From the NCBI GenBank assembly GCA_944393665.1, contig CALYAX010000007.1, positions 13,937-77,936 of the forward strand: 64,000 bases of DNA, given 5' to 3'. Source of the DNA: an uncultured Alphaproteobacteria bacterium (GTDB lineage: Bacteria > Pseudomonadota > Alphaproteobacteria > RF32 > CAG-239). Below, piece after piece: positions 9,170-17,557 of the stretch; the first letter of the stretch is position 1; the number at the start of each line of letters is the position of its first letter. The notes beneath the pieces were generated by a model. The model was given only the letters and a program-made list of their open reading frames with translations. It was not told where the DNA came from and made no database searches. The position numbers and the translations under genes were made by a program.

Positions 9170-9790
9170 ATGGATATTAAAGAAATACATGACCAGCAAA
9201 TGTTTCATAAAGAAAATTTAATAAATGTTGAAGAGAATCAACTTTTACAGCATGTAATGGATTTCGCTAAAATGGGACTAAAAGGGATTTTCATACTAAA
9301 TGGAACGGCAGCAATATCTCTATTAACCTTATTTACACACATCATTCTTATAGAAAAATATGATATTGCGCATGGAATTTTCTGGGCAACAATTACTTTT
9401 GCTGTTGGCGCAGCCCTATCTTCATTAAGTATCTTTCTGGCATGGTATGCCCAAGGAAAATTTCAAGATACGGCCTATTATGCTAATCTAATCGAAATTG
9501 CTCGGATTAGAACTTCTCATAGTAAGGACGATAAATTAGATTACATAAAGAAAATGCACATCAAAGAAATATCTATTGATGAAAAAAATGATAAGTTTTT
9601 TAAGAGCTTAAAAATATATCAGGAAGAAAATAATAAGTATATTGATGAACAAATGAAAAAGGAAAGCTCATCAAGGCTAAAAGGAAACTTTACTCAAGGA
9701 TTTGTTGTATTTATAATTTTTCTAGCATTCGCTGCATTCGTCTATGGCATCTTTCTTACTTATGATTCTTTAGAGTGTGTTATAAAATGA
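9170..9790 (+). CDS. Hypothetical membrane protein (2-3 TM helices)
   Basis: Hydrophobic segments 'GIFILNGTAAISLLTLFTHIILI', 'IFWATITFAVGAALSSLSIFLAWY' and 'FVVFIIFLAFAAFVYGIFL'. It overlaps the next ORF by 16 nt. Confidence 0.4.
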   Translation: MDIKEIHDQQMFHKENLINVEENQLLQHVMDFAKMGLKGIFILNGTAAISLLTLFTHIILIEKYDIAHGIFWATITFAVGAALSSLSIFLAWYAQGKFQDTAYYANLIEIARIRTSHSKDDKLDYIKKMHIKEISIDEKNDKFFKSLKIYQEENNKYIDEQMKKESSSRLKGNFTQGFVVFIIFLAFAAFVYGIFLTYDSLECVIK

Positions 9791-10470
9791 TTTATTCCAA
9801 TGCCGATATTAAATTTGAGAATAGATATAGTAGTATTTTCAAGGCCCAGATAGAAATTCATAAAAAAGGTTTGGGAGAAGCTTTTTACAATGAAAAATTT
9901 CAATATTATGAAAAAGTTTTATACAATACTGATGTTATATTTGATAAAATATCTTTACTGGAAAAAAAAGCATTTAATAAAAACTTATATAAACCTTTTA
10001 AATACATAAATATTAAAGGTTTGTATCATGTTCATCATTTTCAGCCACTCAATATGGCAAAAAATTGCAAAAAAATATTCAACGCAAAAGCTAAAAATTA
10101 TTCAATGAATGTTGAACAATATGAAGAGTGCATATTCAGTGTATTATATTTATATAATCGCATGATTAAGAATTTATCTGAAAATGAAGCATATGAAAAA
10201 GCTCTGGGTTATTTAACAAGAAATAGGATCGATGACTGTTATATTGAAGCGTGCGACAAAAAGATACTAACTGGAGATTGGCTTGTCTTATTGCGTAAGG
10301 ATGATGTAAATTACTATTTAACATTAGCTAGACATGAAGAACCTCAAGATATGATTTTCAAACGTGTATTTATAGCAATTGAAGAATTAATATTTGGTAG
10401 AAAGCATGGCTTTGATATTAAGAATGTTGAAGCGGTTAAAAAGCCCTTAGAAACGGAGCTTTGGGATTAA
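9775..10470 (+). CDS. Hypothetical protein (231 aa)
   Basis: Long ORF in the low-GC island, apparently translationally coupled to the preceding membrane protein. No recognisable motif. Confidence 0.35.
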   Translation: MCYKMIYSNADIKFENRYSSIFKAQIEIHKKGLGEAFYNEKFQYYEKVLYNTDVIFDKISLLEKKAFNKNLYKPFKYINIKGLYHVHHFQPLNMAKNCKKIFNAKAKNYSMNVEQYEECIFSVLYLYNRMIKNLSENEAYEKALGYLTRNRIDDCYIEACDKKILTGDWLVLLRKDDVNYYLTLARHEEPQDMIFKRVFIAIEELIFGRKHGFDIKNVEAVKKPLETELWD

Positions 10471-10589
10471 TATTTACTTAATAGTTAGGTATACCGAAAA
10501 AAGAGGTTCGAAATTTTATTGCAACCTACATTGCATTAATGAGACTTAAAAATGTATAAAATCGCATTAGTCCGTACAATTTATTCGGT

Positions 10590-10801
10590 TCACCAATCAC
10601 AACACCTTCCTTTTTGGAGGGTGTTTTTTGTTTAAAGACCTGATGTAATCGTACGGTTTCCTTAGGGTATACGAAATTTTACTGTCTTGTAATTTCAAGT
10701 TTGAAAGTAAAAGGTTCAAAATCTCTCTTTTGTTTTCTACTTTCGAACTCTGGAAGATTTGGTACGCATTATTACCCAAGGAAAGTATTGTGGCGACTGC
10801 G
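10590..10801. repeat. Direct repeat copy B (212 bp). It begins with a tRNA 3'-end-like TCACCAATCACAA and a degenerate terminator hairpin.
   Basis: See copy A. 'ttcaccaatcacaacaccttcctttttggagggtgttttttgtttaaagacctgatgtaatcgtacggtt...'. Confidence 0.8.
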
Positions 10802-10971
10802 ATTGAAAACTTTTCATCGGCTTTAGTCAACAGTTCCGACCTTCCTTCGAGTTTGTACTGTTCTTTTTTTATCTCCTCACTCATATCACGGTATTCTTCC
10901 GGCGTGATTTTCCTTTTATATAACAGTGACCATTGCAACTTGGTTTTTGACAAGATTTTTGTAGATAACAC
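10597..10971 (-). CDS. Repeat-associated hypothetical protein (124 aa). Its C-terminal 70 aa are encoded inside repeat B, and a truncated near-identical reading frame exists in repeat A.
   Basis: The ORF extends from unique sequence into the repeat. The copy-A frame (7709-7957) lacks the N-terminal 42 aa and runs into the tRNA, so it is likely non-functional. Confidence 0.3.
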   Translation of the reverse strand: MLSTKILSKTKLQWSLLYKRKITPEEYRDMSEEIKKEQYKLEGRSELLTKADEKFSIAVATILSLGNNAYQIFQSSKVENKREILNLLLSNLKLQDSKISYTLRKPYDYIRSLNKKHPPKRKVL

Positions 10972-11371
10972 AGCTTAGGTTTCTGATTTTAAAATTTCAA
11001 TCAATACAAAATTTTGGAGAACTTATAGATGTGATATAATAAAAAACTTAGATCGAGAAAATAATGAGGAAAGAATAATTGGTTATAATATAGTATTGCT
11101 TTGCACGATATCGTTTTTTTGCAAGCATATTATCCAATTATTAAGTTAATTTTATATTTCGAACTGGCTGAACTAATTAATAAAAGGTAAAATTTACTAT
11201 TCTTATGAAAGCCCTTTAACTTTATCGGGAAATAAACAAAAAATAAACAAAAAAGACATTTTCTATTTTTTATTCTTGAAAGTTAAAGAAACTTATTATA
11301 TATTATCATCGTATTAAATTAATTACAATGTAGATATTCTAAAAATGAAATAATTTAAAATTTTTATTGAG

Positions 11372-12577
11372 ATGGACAAAAGTGAAAAATTGGCACGGAT
11401 TGAAAAAATCCTGTCTCGTGGTGTAATTAAGAATATTATGCCATCTGAAGAAGAATTCAAAGCACGTTTGTTATCCGATGAGTCTATGCGTTTTTACATA
11501 GGTGCTGACCCAACTAGTAATTCATTACATTTGAGTCATGCAAAGAACTTCATGCTTTTAGAGGAGTTTAGGCAACTCGGGCATAAAGTTTTCGTTCTTT
11601 TCGGAGATTTAACCGCTTGTATCGGAGACCCTAGTGACCGGAATTCTGCTCGTGCAAGACTGACTAGAGAACAGGCTCGGAAAAATGTTGAAGATTGGGT
11701 TCGTCAAATTCGCCCCATAATTAACTTTGATGATCTTGAAAATCCTGCCGAAGTTGTTCTTAACAGTACGTGGTTTGATAAAATGTCAGTTACGAATTTA
11801 ATCGACCTGCTATCCAATTCCACAGTGCAAAGAATGCTTGAAAGGGATATGTTCCAGAAACGTCTCAGCGAGAACAGGCCTATCCATTTGCATGAGTTTA
11901 TCTACCCCATGTTTCAGGGATTTGATAGCGTCGCATTGGATGTAGATGTAGAAATTTGTGGTTTAGACCAGACATTTAATGCCCTTATGGGAAGAACTCT
12001 TGTCAAACGCTTTAAAGACAAGGAAAAGTTCGTTGTTTGTGTTAATTTGATGGAAAACCCTGTTACTGGTGAATTGATGTCAAAATCAAATGGTACAGGG
12101 GTTTTCCTTAACATTGATGCACAAACCATGTTCGGTCAAATCATGGCACTACCGGATGAAATGATTAAGCTTATTCTTATTAACAATACCCGCGTTTCTT
12201 TAGAAGAAATAGAGGCGTTGGATATTAAGAATCACCCTCGAGATGCTAAAATCTTTACAGCGACAGAAGTTGTCAGAATTTTCCATGGCCAAAAAGCAGC
12301 AAATAATGCGAAACAGACTTTTTTAGAGACATTCTCTAATAAGACGTTTCCCGCAGATGCTCCGGTTATTGAAATTGAGACCCCTGAAATTCAGGTGTTG
12401 GAACTTCTGAAAAAATGCAAAAATGAGTCGAATTCTGAATTGAGACGGCTTGTTAAGCAGGGTGCTGTAAGTGCTGATGGCAAAAAAATTACCGATGAAA
12501 CCTCAATTCTTGAGGTCAAACAAGAGCTTCAGCTCAAAGTTGGTAAACGAGGATTTTTCTTAATAAGAAGTAAGTAA
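11372..12577 (+). CDS. tyrS: Tyrosyl-tRNA synthetase paralog (class I; HIGH-like 'HLSH', KMSKS-like 'LMSKS', C-terminal S4 domain)
   Basis: 'FYIGADPTSNSLHLSHAKNFMLLEEFRQLGHKVFVLFGDLTACIGDPS' aligns with the E. coli TyrRS 'GFDPTADSLHLGHL...[22 protein letters not shown]'. 'ELMSKSNGTGVFL' corresponds to KFGKT/KMSKS. C-terminal 'LVKQGAVSADGKKITDE' is S4-like. Confidence 0.8.
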   Translation: MDKSEKLARIEKILSRGVIKNIMPSEEEFKARLLSDESMRFYIGADPTSNSLHLSHAKNFMLLEEFRQLGHKVFVLFGDLTACIGDPSDRNSARARLTREQARKNVEDWVRQIRPIINFDDLENPAEVVLNSTWFDKMSVTNLIDLLSNSTVQRMLERDMFQKRLSENRPIHLHEFIYPMFQGFDSVALDVDVEICGLDQTFNALMGRTLVKRFKDKEKFVVCVNLMENPVTGELMSKSNGTGVFLNIDAQTMFGQIMALPDEMIKLILINNTRVSLEEIEALDIKNHPRDAKIFTATEVVRIFHGQKAANNAKQTFLETFSNKTFPADAPVIEIETPEIQVLELLKKCKNESNSELRRLVKQGAVSADGKKITDETSILEVKQELQLKVGKRGFFLIRSK

Positions 12578-12590
12578 ATTATTCACTATA

Positions 12591-12633
12591 AAAGAAAAGG
12601 TTAGAGTTTTATTCTCTAGCCTTTTCTTTTTAT
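12591..12633 (+). terminator. Rho-independent terminator after the TyrRS-like gene (16-bp stem)
   Basis: 'aaagaaaaggttagag-ttttatt-ctctagccttttcttt' followed by a T-rich stretch. Confidence 0.6.
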
Positions 12634-12641
12634 AAAAAATA

Positions 12642-12670
12642 TTGACAAAATTTTAAAGAAGCTTATAAGT
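12642..12670 (+). promoter_or_regulatory. Putative sigma70 promoter (TTGACA, 16-17 nt, TATAAG) for the sulfotransferase-to-HAD operon
   Basis: 'aaaaatATTGACAaaattttaaagaagctTATAAGtt'. A nearly identical -35 context 'aaaaatattgacaa' recurs at 16337 upstream of the TrpRS-like gene. Confidence 0.4.
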
Positions 12671-12701
12671 TAATTATTCATTAAAAATTCAGGAGAGTAG
12701 T

Positions 12702-13586
12702 ATGGGAAAAGATATTATCCCTATTTTTGTATTAGGTACTCCTAGATCTGGAACTACTGTTATTGGAAAATATATTTCAACCCACAAAGATATCTTGGAC
12801 ATGGGAGAATATGCCGGTTTTGATTTTACTTATCGTGTTGCTCCCAATTTAATGAAAACATTACCGTCTACTTTTAAGGATGAGTATTTATTTAGTCTTC
12901 AAAATCATGCAACACAATTCGCTCACGAAATGGCAATAAAAAATAATTGCCATTATTTTTGTGATTCTACTCCATGGACATTATTAGCTATGGATAAAAT
13001 TAAAGACAAATTGCCCGGTGCAAAATTTGTTTTATGTATACGAGAACCTCAAGGTGTGATACAGAGCCTGGAACGCAGCTTCAAAAGCGGGAGGAAATGG
13101 GCCGGAGAAAATAATCAGGAGCGTTTTAGACTTTGGAAAGATTTTTATGAAAAAGTAAAATTTATTCCTCAAAAAGATCTAATGGTATTCAATTATAGTA
13201 ATTTCTGCAAAAAACCTGAGGAAGAACTCTCTCTATTAGATCAGCAGTTATTTGCGCATGGTATTACTCCAACTTCGCTAGATAAAACGATTTTTGCAGA
13301 AACTCATGCCACTGTTGTATCTGATCATCGGCCTGTTAGTGCCAGAGTTGATAATAACGGTCATATTACATTATTGGCACGGGAAGATTGGAACAATGAA
13401 AAATGGACCATTCAAGATGAAATGATGTTGCAAACTGACAATGGATATAAGGAAATTTTAAATTTTTTAAAGAATTTACCGTTAAAAAATAGTTTACACC
13501 CTGCTGTTATTTATAAAAATAAATATCTTTCTTCTTTAGCTCAAAATGTTAATATGGTAACAAATTTGAAAGATAATATTCGGTAA
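12702..13586 (+). CDS. PAPS-dependent sulfotransferase family protein
   Basis: N-terminal 5'-PSB-like P-loop 'VLGTPRSGTTVIGKYI'. Size and architecture are typical of the Sulfotransfer family. Confidence 0.5.
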   Translation: MGKDIIPIFVLGTPRSGTTVIGKYISTHKDILDMGEYAGFDFTYRVAPNLMKTLPSTFKDEYLFSLQNHATQFAHEMAIKNNCHYFCDSTPWTLLAMDKIKDKLPGAKFVLCIREPQGVIQSLERSFKSGRKWAGENNQERFRLWKDFYEKVKFIPQKDLMVFNYSNFCKKPEEELSLLDQQLFAHGITPTSLDKTIFAETHATVVSDHRPVSARVDNNGHITLLAREDWNNEKWTIQDEMMLQTDNGYKEILNFLKNLPLKNSLHPAVIYKNKYLSSLAQNVNMVTNLKDNIR

Positions 13587-13619
13587 AGAAAGTACATATA
13601 TTTAAGCTAGAGTTTAATT

Positions 13620-14690
13620 ATGAAAAATTATGAGCTACTACTGCACCATATTCAAAATGGTGTTGTGTTATCAAGATTAGAAATTTTTAATGCTTTGAAG
13701 ACATTGTACCATGAGACAGACAACCAGCAAGCAAAATTTTGCATGGGAATGATTCTTTATGGGTTATCCGTAAGAGTTCCTACGCCTGAAGAACTTTGGG
13801 GCTTAGTTGATTTTGTTGAATATCTAGAACCATCTCTCCTAAAAAATAAGAGAAAACTTCCAATTTGTGAACCTGTCATTGGTTTGGCGGGAAGTGGCAA
13901 AAAAGGTATAAAAACCTTTAATATATCAACTATCTCTGCAATTGTTGCAAGTGCGGCGGGGTGCTTTATTTCTAAAGCCGTATCCAAATCAGTTTCTTCT
14001 GTGACCGGCTCTTCTGATATATTAAGTGCTGCCGGAGTTAACATAGATATTTCATTTGAAAAAATGATAAAAATTTTTACAGAAACAGGGCTTGGTATTT
14101 TTCAAATCGAAAAGACCATTCCTAAATTTGACAATTTTTATGGTGGAATATTTTTAGTCCCTCATGCACTATCGTATGCGCTTGCTGCTATTGTTAACCC
14201 TATTTTATGTGATAGCATTATTTATGGTTTTGCTGGAAAAAATATTGAAATTTCCAGTAAAATTTTGCATCAGATAGGATTAAAAAAAGGTGTGGTTGTT
14301 TCATCAACAGATGATAAAGTCTTATATATTGATGAGCTCACTCCATTGCAATATAATAATATTTCTTATATTGAGACACAAAAAACCTCTAAAAATATTA
14401 ATCTAACAAACATATTTGGATGTAAAAGATGTTCTCCTGATGAATTGAAAAGCAGCATAGATATAAATGGTCAATTAGATATTTTTAATTTATGTCTTTC
14501 AGGAAAGGCATCTCAAGCTCAAAATAATGCTATTGCAATGAATACAGCTTTTATGATTACCGAAGCTGGGATTACAGACAATCTAAAAACAGCTTTTGAA
14601 ATGGCTCATGATATTATTATGTCGGGAAAGGCATTAAAACAATTTAATCATTTCAAAGAAATGGTCAATGATTTGGGAGAGGACAGATGA
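13620..14690 (+). CDS. Divergent anthranilate phosphoribosyltransferase (TrpD)/glycosyltransferase family 3 homolog with an altered PRPP-binding loop
   Basis: 'GLAGSGKKGIKTFNISTISAIVASAAGCFISKAVSKSVSSVTGSSDILSAAGVNIDI' compared with the E. coli TrpD '[54 protein letters not shown]'. GTGGDG and KHGNR are replaced, suggesting a changed substrate. Confidence 0.6.
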   Translation: MKNYELLLHHIQNGVVLSRLEIFNALKTLYHETDNQQAKFCMGMILYGLSVRVPTPEELWGLVDFVEYLEPSLLKNKRKLPICEPVIGLAGSGKKGIKTFNISTISAIVASAAGCFISKAVSKSVSSVTGSSDILSAAGVNIDISFEKMIKIFTETGLGIFQIEKTIPKFDNFYGGIFLVPHALSYALAAIVNPILCDSIIYGFAGKNIEISSKILHQIGLKKGVVVSSTDDKVLYIDELTPLQYNNISYIETQKTSKNINLTNIFGCKRCSPDELKSSIDINGQLDIFNLCLSGKASQAQNNAIAMNTAFMITEAGITDNLKTAFEMAHDIIMSGKALKQFNHFKEMVNDLGEDR

Positions 14691-15685
14691 ATAATAGTGT
14701 AATTCTATTTGATATAAAAAAGAATTGCTGGAAAGAATATTCTCGTCCTCTGCCAGAGTTAACTACCGACGAAAGCCTCGTTAAGGTAGAATTTGCCGGA
14801 TTGTGCGGCAGTGACATGCACAGAATAAAAGCACCTACAAGCCATGAAACTCAGGTTGTCATGGGACATGAAATAATTGGTACTGTTAAAAAATCTGATA
14901 AAGAAACATTAATAGGAAAGAAAGTCGTCATTAACCCAATTGCTAATTGTAGAAAATGCTCTTCTTGCAATGATGGCTTAACACAATTCTGTTCAAATAG
15001 TAGAAATATAGGAAAAAATATCGATGGAGCCTTTGCTAAATATTTAAAAGTTCCCAACAAAAGTCTGTATATTGTTCCAGCGAATTTTCAAGCTGAGTTG
15101 GGGGTTTTAGTTGATGGAGCGGCCGTGATCATAAATGGTATAAAAAAGCTGTCAAAAAAACCCCATTCTGTTTTAGTTATTGGGGATGGAACCGTTGGCT
15201 GCCTATCCATTGCGGTGTTGAAAGCCTTATATCCGGAAATAAAAATTTCGTTACGCGGGCATCATAATACTGATTATGTAAATCAAGTATATAGCACATC
15301 AGCCCCCCAAGAAAATGAAAAGTTTGATTTAACAATCGAAACTGTAGGACGTGCACAATCAGATACTTTAAACCAATGTGTTGAATATGCTTCTATTGGG
15401 GGTCAAATTTTAATAATGGGGGTTTATCCTCCTAACTTTTCTTTAGATTTTAATGCCAGAACCGCTTTTTATAAGGAATTAGCAATATATGGTGTTAATT
15501 CGTTTTGTGTTACAAAAAAAAGAGACGATTTTAGAGAAGCATTAGCTTTAATTGATTCCCATCCGGAGTTTTTTGCTCCATTAATCACTCACAAATTTTT
15601 ATTATCCGATTTCAATCTTGGTATTGCAAAAATGTTGGATAAAAGTAAAGAAGCTGTCATAAAAGTTATTTATACTACTGCTTAA
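14687..15685 (+). CDS. Zn-dependent medium-chain alcohol dehydrogenase (threonine/sorbitol dehydrogenase-like)
   Basis: 'GLCGSDMH', 'GHEIIGTV', the structural Zn Cys cluster 'CRKCSSCNDGLTQFC', and Rossmann 'VLVIGDGTVG'. A 4-nt ATGA overlap with the upstream gene. Confidence 0.75.
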   Translation: MNNSVILFDIKKNCWKEYSRPLPELTTDESLVKVEFAGLCGSDMHRIKAPTSHETQVVMGHEIIGTVKKSDKETLIGKKVVINPIANCRKCSSCNDGLTQFCSNSRNIGKNIDGAFAKYLKVPNKSLYIVPANFQAELGVLVDGAAVIINGIKKLSKKPHSVLVIGDGTVGCLSIAVLKALYPEIKISLRGHHNTDYVNQVYSTSAPQENEKFDLTIETVGRAQSDTLNQCVEYASIGGQILIMGVYPPNFSLDFNARTAFYKELAIYGVNSFCVTKKRDDFREALALIDSHPEFFAPLITHKFLLSDFNLGIAKMLDKSKEAVIKVIYTTA

Positions 15686-15692
15686 GGATTTC

Positions 15693-16310
15693 ATGAAAGA
15701 CATCAATATAAAAAATTATCAGCTTGTTTTATTGGACTGGGATGGTACATTAGTCAGAACTCGAGAGAATGTTATTTATGCAATGCAACCCGTTTCTCAA
15801 AAATATAGAAAACTAGACTGGTTTGAATTAGATAAAATTAGAAATCACAATTTATCTTTAGAAGACAATTTTGAAAATTTCTTTCATGAAAATAAAGATA
15901 TTGCATACGATTTATATCTAAAAACTTACATATCTGGTATAAAAAATAATGTGCATAAAATTACCGGTGCGGATAAATTACTTAAAATTCTAGATACCTT
16001 ATCCATAAAAAAAGCTATAGTTACCAGCAAAGACAGAATACTTTGGGAAATAGAAAAGAACACATTTAATACATCTTTTGATTTTTCTGTATGTAAAGAT
16101 GAATGTGATCACAATAAACCCCTGCCTGATCCAATACTTAAGGCAATAGCCCATTTTTCAATTTCCAAAAGTAACGTGTTGATGATTGGAGACAGCCGAC
16201 ACGATTATATAGCGGCTAAAAAAGCAAAAATCGATTCTATCATTATTGGAGAAGAAATATACGCTACTTTTGATAATTTAGACACACTAATAAAAAAAAT
16301 ATTCTTTTAG
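15693..16310 (+). CDS. HAD-superfamily hydrolase (phosphatase)
   Basis: Motif I 'LVLLDWDGTLV'. Motifs 'VTSK' and 'IGDSRHD' later in the protein. 8 nt after the ADH stop. Confidence 0.65.
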   Translation: MKDINIKNYQLVLLDWDGTLVRTRENVIYAMQPVSQKYRKLDWFELDKIRNHNLSLEDNFENFFHENKDIAYDLYLKTYISGIKNNVHKITGADKLLKILDTLSIKKAIVTSKDRILWEIEKNTFNTSFDFSVCKDECDHNKPLPDPILKAIAHFSISKSNVLMIGDSRHDYIAAKKAKIDSIIIGEEIYATFDNLDTLIKKIFF

Positions 16311-16349
16311 ACCCTTTAAACATCGAAAACTTATTTTAGCTAAAAAATA

Positions 16350-16392
16350 TTGACAATTTGACAAAATAAAATTAATGATTTACTAATAATAT
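16350..16392 (+). promoter_or_regulatory. Putative promoter upstream of the TrpRS-like gene (tandem TTGACA elements)
   Basis: 'aaaaatATTGACAatTTGACAaaataaaattaatgatttactaataat'. It shares the 14-mer 'aaaaatattgacaa' with the 12636 promoter. Confidence 0.3.
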
Positions 16393-16435
16393 TAGGTGCG
16401 AGAATAACAATTCGCTTTTAAACGGAACTAAAAAT

Positions 16436-17557
16436 ATGTCTAAAGATATTTCATCAAACTTAATCTTTAATGATGAATATTATAAAGAAGTCATTGATAA
16501 ATATGGCTACAATGCTTTTGATTTCAAACCTATTGATTTTGATATTTCTCATTTGGATAAAAAGGCACTCAATCAACGGTGGTTATGTCATTTTGATGGA
16601 GAACCTTTTTCTCAAGCAATAAATAATAAAGAAAAAGCAATCGTCACAACTGGAGTTGGATTATCCGGGGCTCCTCACATGGGAACAATTTCCCAAATGA
16701 TGCGTGCAATATTTTTACAGGAACAAGGATTTAATGTTCAATTCGTCTTGGGGGACTTAGATTCATATAATGCTCGCTCTCAACCATATCCTGTTGTAAA
16801 AGCCAGGGCTGAACAATATAAAGAATTCATTACCAACCTTGGCTTTTCAAAGGAAAAAGGAATTTTACGCTCACAAGATAATAATCCTGAAGTCTGCAGA
16901 ACGGCTTATTTGATTTCTCGATGCCTGACAGATGAAGATTTCCTTAATGCAGAAGAAGACTTATCGGAATTATATCAAAAACAAGGTGCTTATCCAGGTA
17001 TTAAATATCCGGTTAAACAGGCTATCAATCTAATGGTGGCTGATTTTATTCATCTTGGAATGGCAGATAAGAATAAAAGTGTTATGGTAATGCTTGGTTT
17101 GGAAGAACATCTCTATGTCAGAATTGCAAAGGATGTTATAAAAAGGATGGAAATGCCTTTTCATCTCGGAGCAATGTATTCCAAAATTATTAAAGGCTTC
17201 AATGGTTTTCCTAAAATGAGTAAAAGTATTCCCGGATCCTCAATAAACGTTGATATGAATATTGATCAAATAAGACATAAACTTCAACATGAAGAAGGGC
17301 ATTACAGCAAACCTGATGATTCTGTTGCCTATCAAATGATGTGTGCTGTCTCAAATTATACCCCTAGAGATCTAAATATTCTTCACGAAAAATGTTCTGT
17401 CGGCGGTCGGTATTGGAGTGCGGCAAAAGATGAATATGCAGAATATCTTGACTCTATTTTTAAAAAATGGCCTAAGGATAAGGTATTCGATCGGAGTGCA
17501 ACTATGAATCCTATAGATATGTTTATTATGAAAAATGGCTGCGGCAGAAAACTCTAA
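16436..17557 (+). CDS. trpS: Tryptophanyl-tRNA synthetase paralog (class I, KMSKS present)
   Basis: 'TGVGLSGAPHMGTISQMM' resembles the TrpRS 'GxQPSGELHLGNY'. 'GLEEHLYVRIAKDV' resembles 'GEDQKQHLELSRDIA'. Exact 'FPKMSKSIPGS'. Confidence 0.7.
   Translation: MSKDISSNLIFNDEYYKEVIDKYGYNAFDFKPIDFDISHLDKKALNQRWLCHFDGEPFSQAINNKEKAIVTTGVGLSGAPHMGTISQMMRAIFLQEQGFNVQFVLGDLDSYNARSQPYPVVKARAEQYKEFITNLGFSKEKGILRSQDNNPEVCRTAYLISRCLTDEDFLNAEEDLSELYQKQGAYPGIKYPVKQAINLMVADFIHLGMADKNKSVMVMLGLEEHLYVRIAKDVIKRMEMPFHLGAMYSKIIKGFNGFPKMSKSIPGSSINVDMNIDQIRHKLQHEEGHYSKPDDSVAYQMMCAVSNYTPRDLNILHEKCSVGGRYWSAAKDEYAEYLDSIFKKWPKDKVFDRSATMNPIDMFIMKNGCGRKL

Noticed and set aside
11372-17557. Possibility that the TyrRS-like and TrpRS-like genes are the organism's only housekeeping copies
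   Set aside because: This cannot be excluded from the window alone. It is disfavoured because both genes sit in strongly AT-shifted, tRNA-linked foreign DNA together with non-translation enzymes, but it is listed as the main alternative in the finding.
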